64,000 nt of DNA from the human T2T-CHM13v2.0 reference genome, Homo sapiens, in assembly GCF_009914755.1 (NCBI RefSeq), contig NC_060928.1, one strand, 5' to 3'. The notes beneath the pieces are model-generated. The model was not told the DNA's origin. It saw only the letters and a program-made list of their open reading frames with translations, and ran no database searches. Below, piece after piece: positions 61,789 to 64,000 of the stretch. Made by a program: the position numbers and the translations under genes. The stretch's first letter is position 1. Every line of letters begins with the position of its first letter.

Positions 61789-62115
61789 TTTTGACGTTTC
61801 TTCTCAGTCTTCTTCACCTTGAGCTAAATGAAGATAGTGACTAACCCATAACATAGGAATACAACCATTTTTGTCTTCATACATGACGAAAATGTCTTTT
61901 CTTCCTAAATTTTTAGGTTGACAAAGAAGTATTAAGTTTATATTGCTGTAATAGTTCAGGCAAGTGTTATAAATTTAATTTCAATTCCAAGGAAAATTTG
62001 GAGAGAGAACTCTTTTCAGATATGCCTCTCAAATTGAAAAACTACCTTATTATATACCCTACTAGCATGAAGAAAGGTCAGCATCTGGCAGAAAGACTCC
62101 TTTTCCAAGAATTCC

Positions 62116-63085
62116 GGGAGGGTGGGCAAGATGGCCGACTAGATGCAGGCGGGAAGTGCTGCTCCTACGGAGAGACAACGGTATTTCAACCAAATCAACA
62201 TAATTTGAACAGATCTTTGGAGAGAAAATGCCAAATGTGGACGAAGAAAAGATACAGATGCTGAAGCTGAAGAAGGAGGAAGCTGGGAACCGCATGTGGA
62301 GTGCCTGAATGCTAGGGTTGGGTTTGACTCCTGGGAAATGAGTCAGTGAAGGAACTGAGGGAATGCCTACTCTCACCATGGACCTCTGGCATCCTAGCTG
62401 CAGGGGACCCCACAGTCCTCACAGATGTTTGAGCTGGTATAGGGGGATCTTCCTGGAGATTAAATGAAGACAGACATATAGCAGGCATGGAGCCAGGGAC
62501 CTTTGTGCACAGGACAGCTCCAGCAGAGCCAGGCCGTAAGTGTCCATCCCCGGGGCTCTCCGTCTCCCTCTGAGAAGTTCTGGCCCCAGCTAACCACCAT
62601 GGAGAAAGCAGTGCTGGCTTCCCTGTTGGACTAGGGCATGTGTGCCCTGCAAGCCCACCTGCCCGCCAGCCCCTCCCAGGGCTCCTGCTTGGCTGCCCCA
62701 AAAGAGTGTGTACGCAGTGCAGCCTCTGCTGCCCAGCATGGGTGCTTTGCTCCAGCTGAGTGCATTCTGGCAGCTTGGGAGCCCTTTGGATTCCCCAGCA
62801 CACCTGGAACTCAACTCCCTAGGTCTGAAGGAGGGGACCAAGAGTAGGTCCTATTCCCCCAGGTCTACCACCCTTGGTTTGGCAGTGTCAAGCCGAGATC
62901 TATGCCCAGCGCTGGAAGTTGGAGAGGAGGAGGCCACACTCTCAGAAAACTGAGAGAGCTGAGTCACACAGGTTTGCGGGCTGGTTTGGGACCCAGGCGT
63001 GCCTCCCTCCACAGGCTGGTCTTGTAAGGGCGTGGCCTATCTCTCGGCCGGACCTCTGCCCAAGGGAGTCCCGCAGGCCCCAAAG
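62116..63085 (+). mobile_element. Isolated L1 5'UTR (older primate L1P/L1PB type)
   Basis: gggagggtgggcaagatggccgactaga L1 5' start with YY1 motif; GC-rich; no ORF1 follows. Confidence 0.72.
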
Positions 63086-63105
63086 AGCAAATAAAAACAG
63101 TTGCA

Positions 63106-63420
63106 GCGGGCACGGTGGCTCACGCCTGTAATTCCAACACTTCGAGGCTAAGGCGGGCAGATCACCTGAGGTCAGGAGTTCAAGACCAGCCTGGCCAACA
63201 TGGCGAAACCCCGTCTCTACTAAAAATACAAAATAGTAGCCAGGTGTGGTGGTGCAGGCCTGTAATCCTAGCTACTCGGGAGGCTGAGGCACAAGAATCG
63301 CTTGAACTCAGGAGGCTGAGGTTGCAGTGAGCAGAGATTGCACCGAGCAGAGATTGCACCATTGCACTCCAGCCTGGGCAACAGAGCAAGACTCCTTCTC
63401 AAAAATGAAACAAAACAAAA
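63106..63420 (+). mobile_element. AluS with internal 16-bp tandem duplication
   Basis: gagcagagattgcacc x2 (63329-63360); TSD aaaacagttgca. Confidence 0.93.
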
Positions 63421-63431
63421 CAGTTGCAATA

Positions 63432-63690
63432 GTTTTGTGTTTAAAAATGTGTGGCAACTTCTCCCTACTCTCTCTCTTGCTCCCACTCTTGCCATGTGAT
63501 AGATACATCAACTTCCCCTTTGCCTTTTGCCATGCTTGTAACTTCGCTAATGCCTCTCCAGGAGCCAAGCAGATCCTGGCACTATGCTTCCTGTACAGCC
63601 TGTGGAACTGTAAGCCTGTTAAACCTCTTTTCTTTATAACTTACCCAGGCTTAGGTGTTCTTAATAGCAGTGCAAGAATGACCTAACACA
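63432..63690 (+). mobile_element. MSTA-like LTR, 3' half
   Basis: atgcttcctgtacagcctgtggaactgtaagcc...atagcagtgcaagaatgacctaacaca. Confidence 0.8.
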
Positions 63691-63694
63691 AATT

Positions 63695-64000
63695 CTTTTT
63701 CTGGTGTTTAATATATTTTCTTATTGCTGGAGTCTGTTATTGCAGAATTATTGTGTTCCTATGAAGGTGACATGTTTCTTCCTTTTTCATGTTTGATATG
63801 TCCTTTTTTTTTTTTTTTTTTTTTGCATCTGGTGAAGGAGTCACCTCTTCCAATTTTATTTAGCAGGTTTTGTGGAGAAAGACGTATTCCTATAGGTGAC
63901 TCTTGATGTGTCAGCTGGGTGGAGTGCACTGGCTTTGGTTCTAGGTAGGCAAAGTAATATAGTATCTCTGTGCAGTTTCTTCAGCTATAAACCATACTGG
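63695..64000 (-). mobile_element. Old L1M fragment (ORF1 start / 5' region)
   Basis: gaattattgtgttcc; tgcatctggtgaaggagtcacctcttccaatttt. Confidence 0.55.

Overview
This is primate (human-like) nuclear DNA, AT-rich and non-coding: gene-poor intergenic or deep intronic sequence. I can support no host protein-coding exon, tRNA, rRNA, CRISPR array or prokaryotic-type system. The window is mostly interspersed repeats. These include about 17 Alu copies or fragments and a 2.1-kb 5'-truncated L1PA3-like copy, which accounts for the only real long ORFs (ORF2 C-terminus). There are also old L1M, L2 and MIR relics, hAT/Tc2 DNA-transposon fossils and a dense set of LTR elements: the HERV-H LTR7 edge at base 1, five MER34/MER39-like solo LTRs, MER31-like, LTR10C-like, LTR1, MER52, a complete THE1D-like provirus, MLT2A, MST and MLT1. 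The signals most worth checking are structural or regulatory: (i) perfect palindromes and inverted duplications at 31.6-36.1 kb that look like template-switch scars; (ii) a TSD-less L1 inside LTR10C inside a Charlie element; (iii) two old L1M copies with twin-priming-type inversions; (iv) a strong CTCF-like motif in unique DNA; (v) DUX4-type motifs in both THE1 LTRs; (vi) a 176-nt purine-only tract grown from an Alu tail. Repeat subfamily names come from recalled consensus sequences and need RepeatMasker/Dfam confirmation. I did not find a convincing novel biological system.
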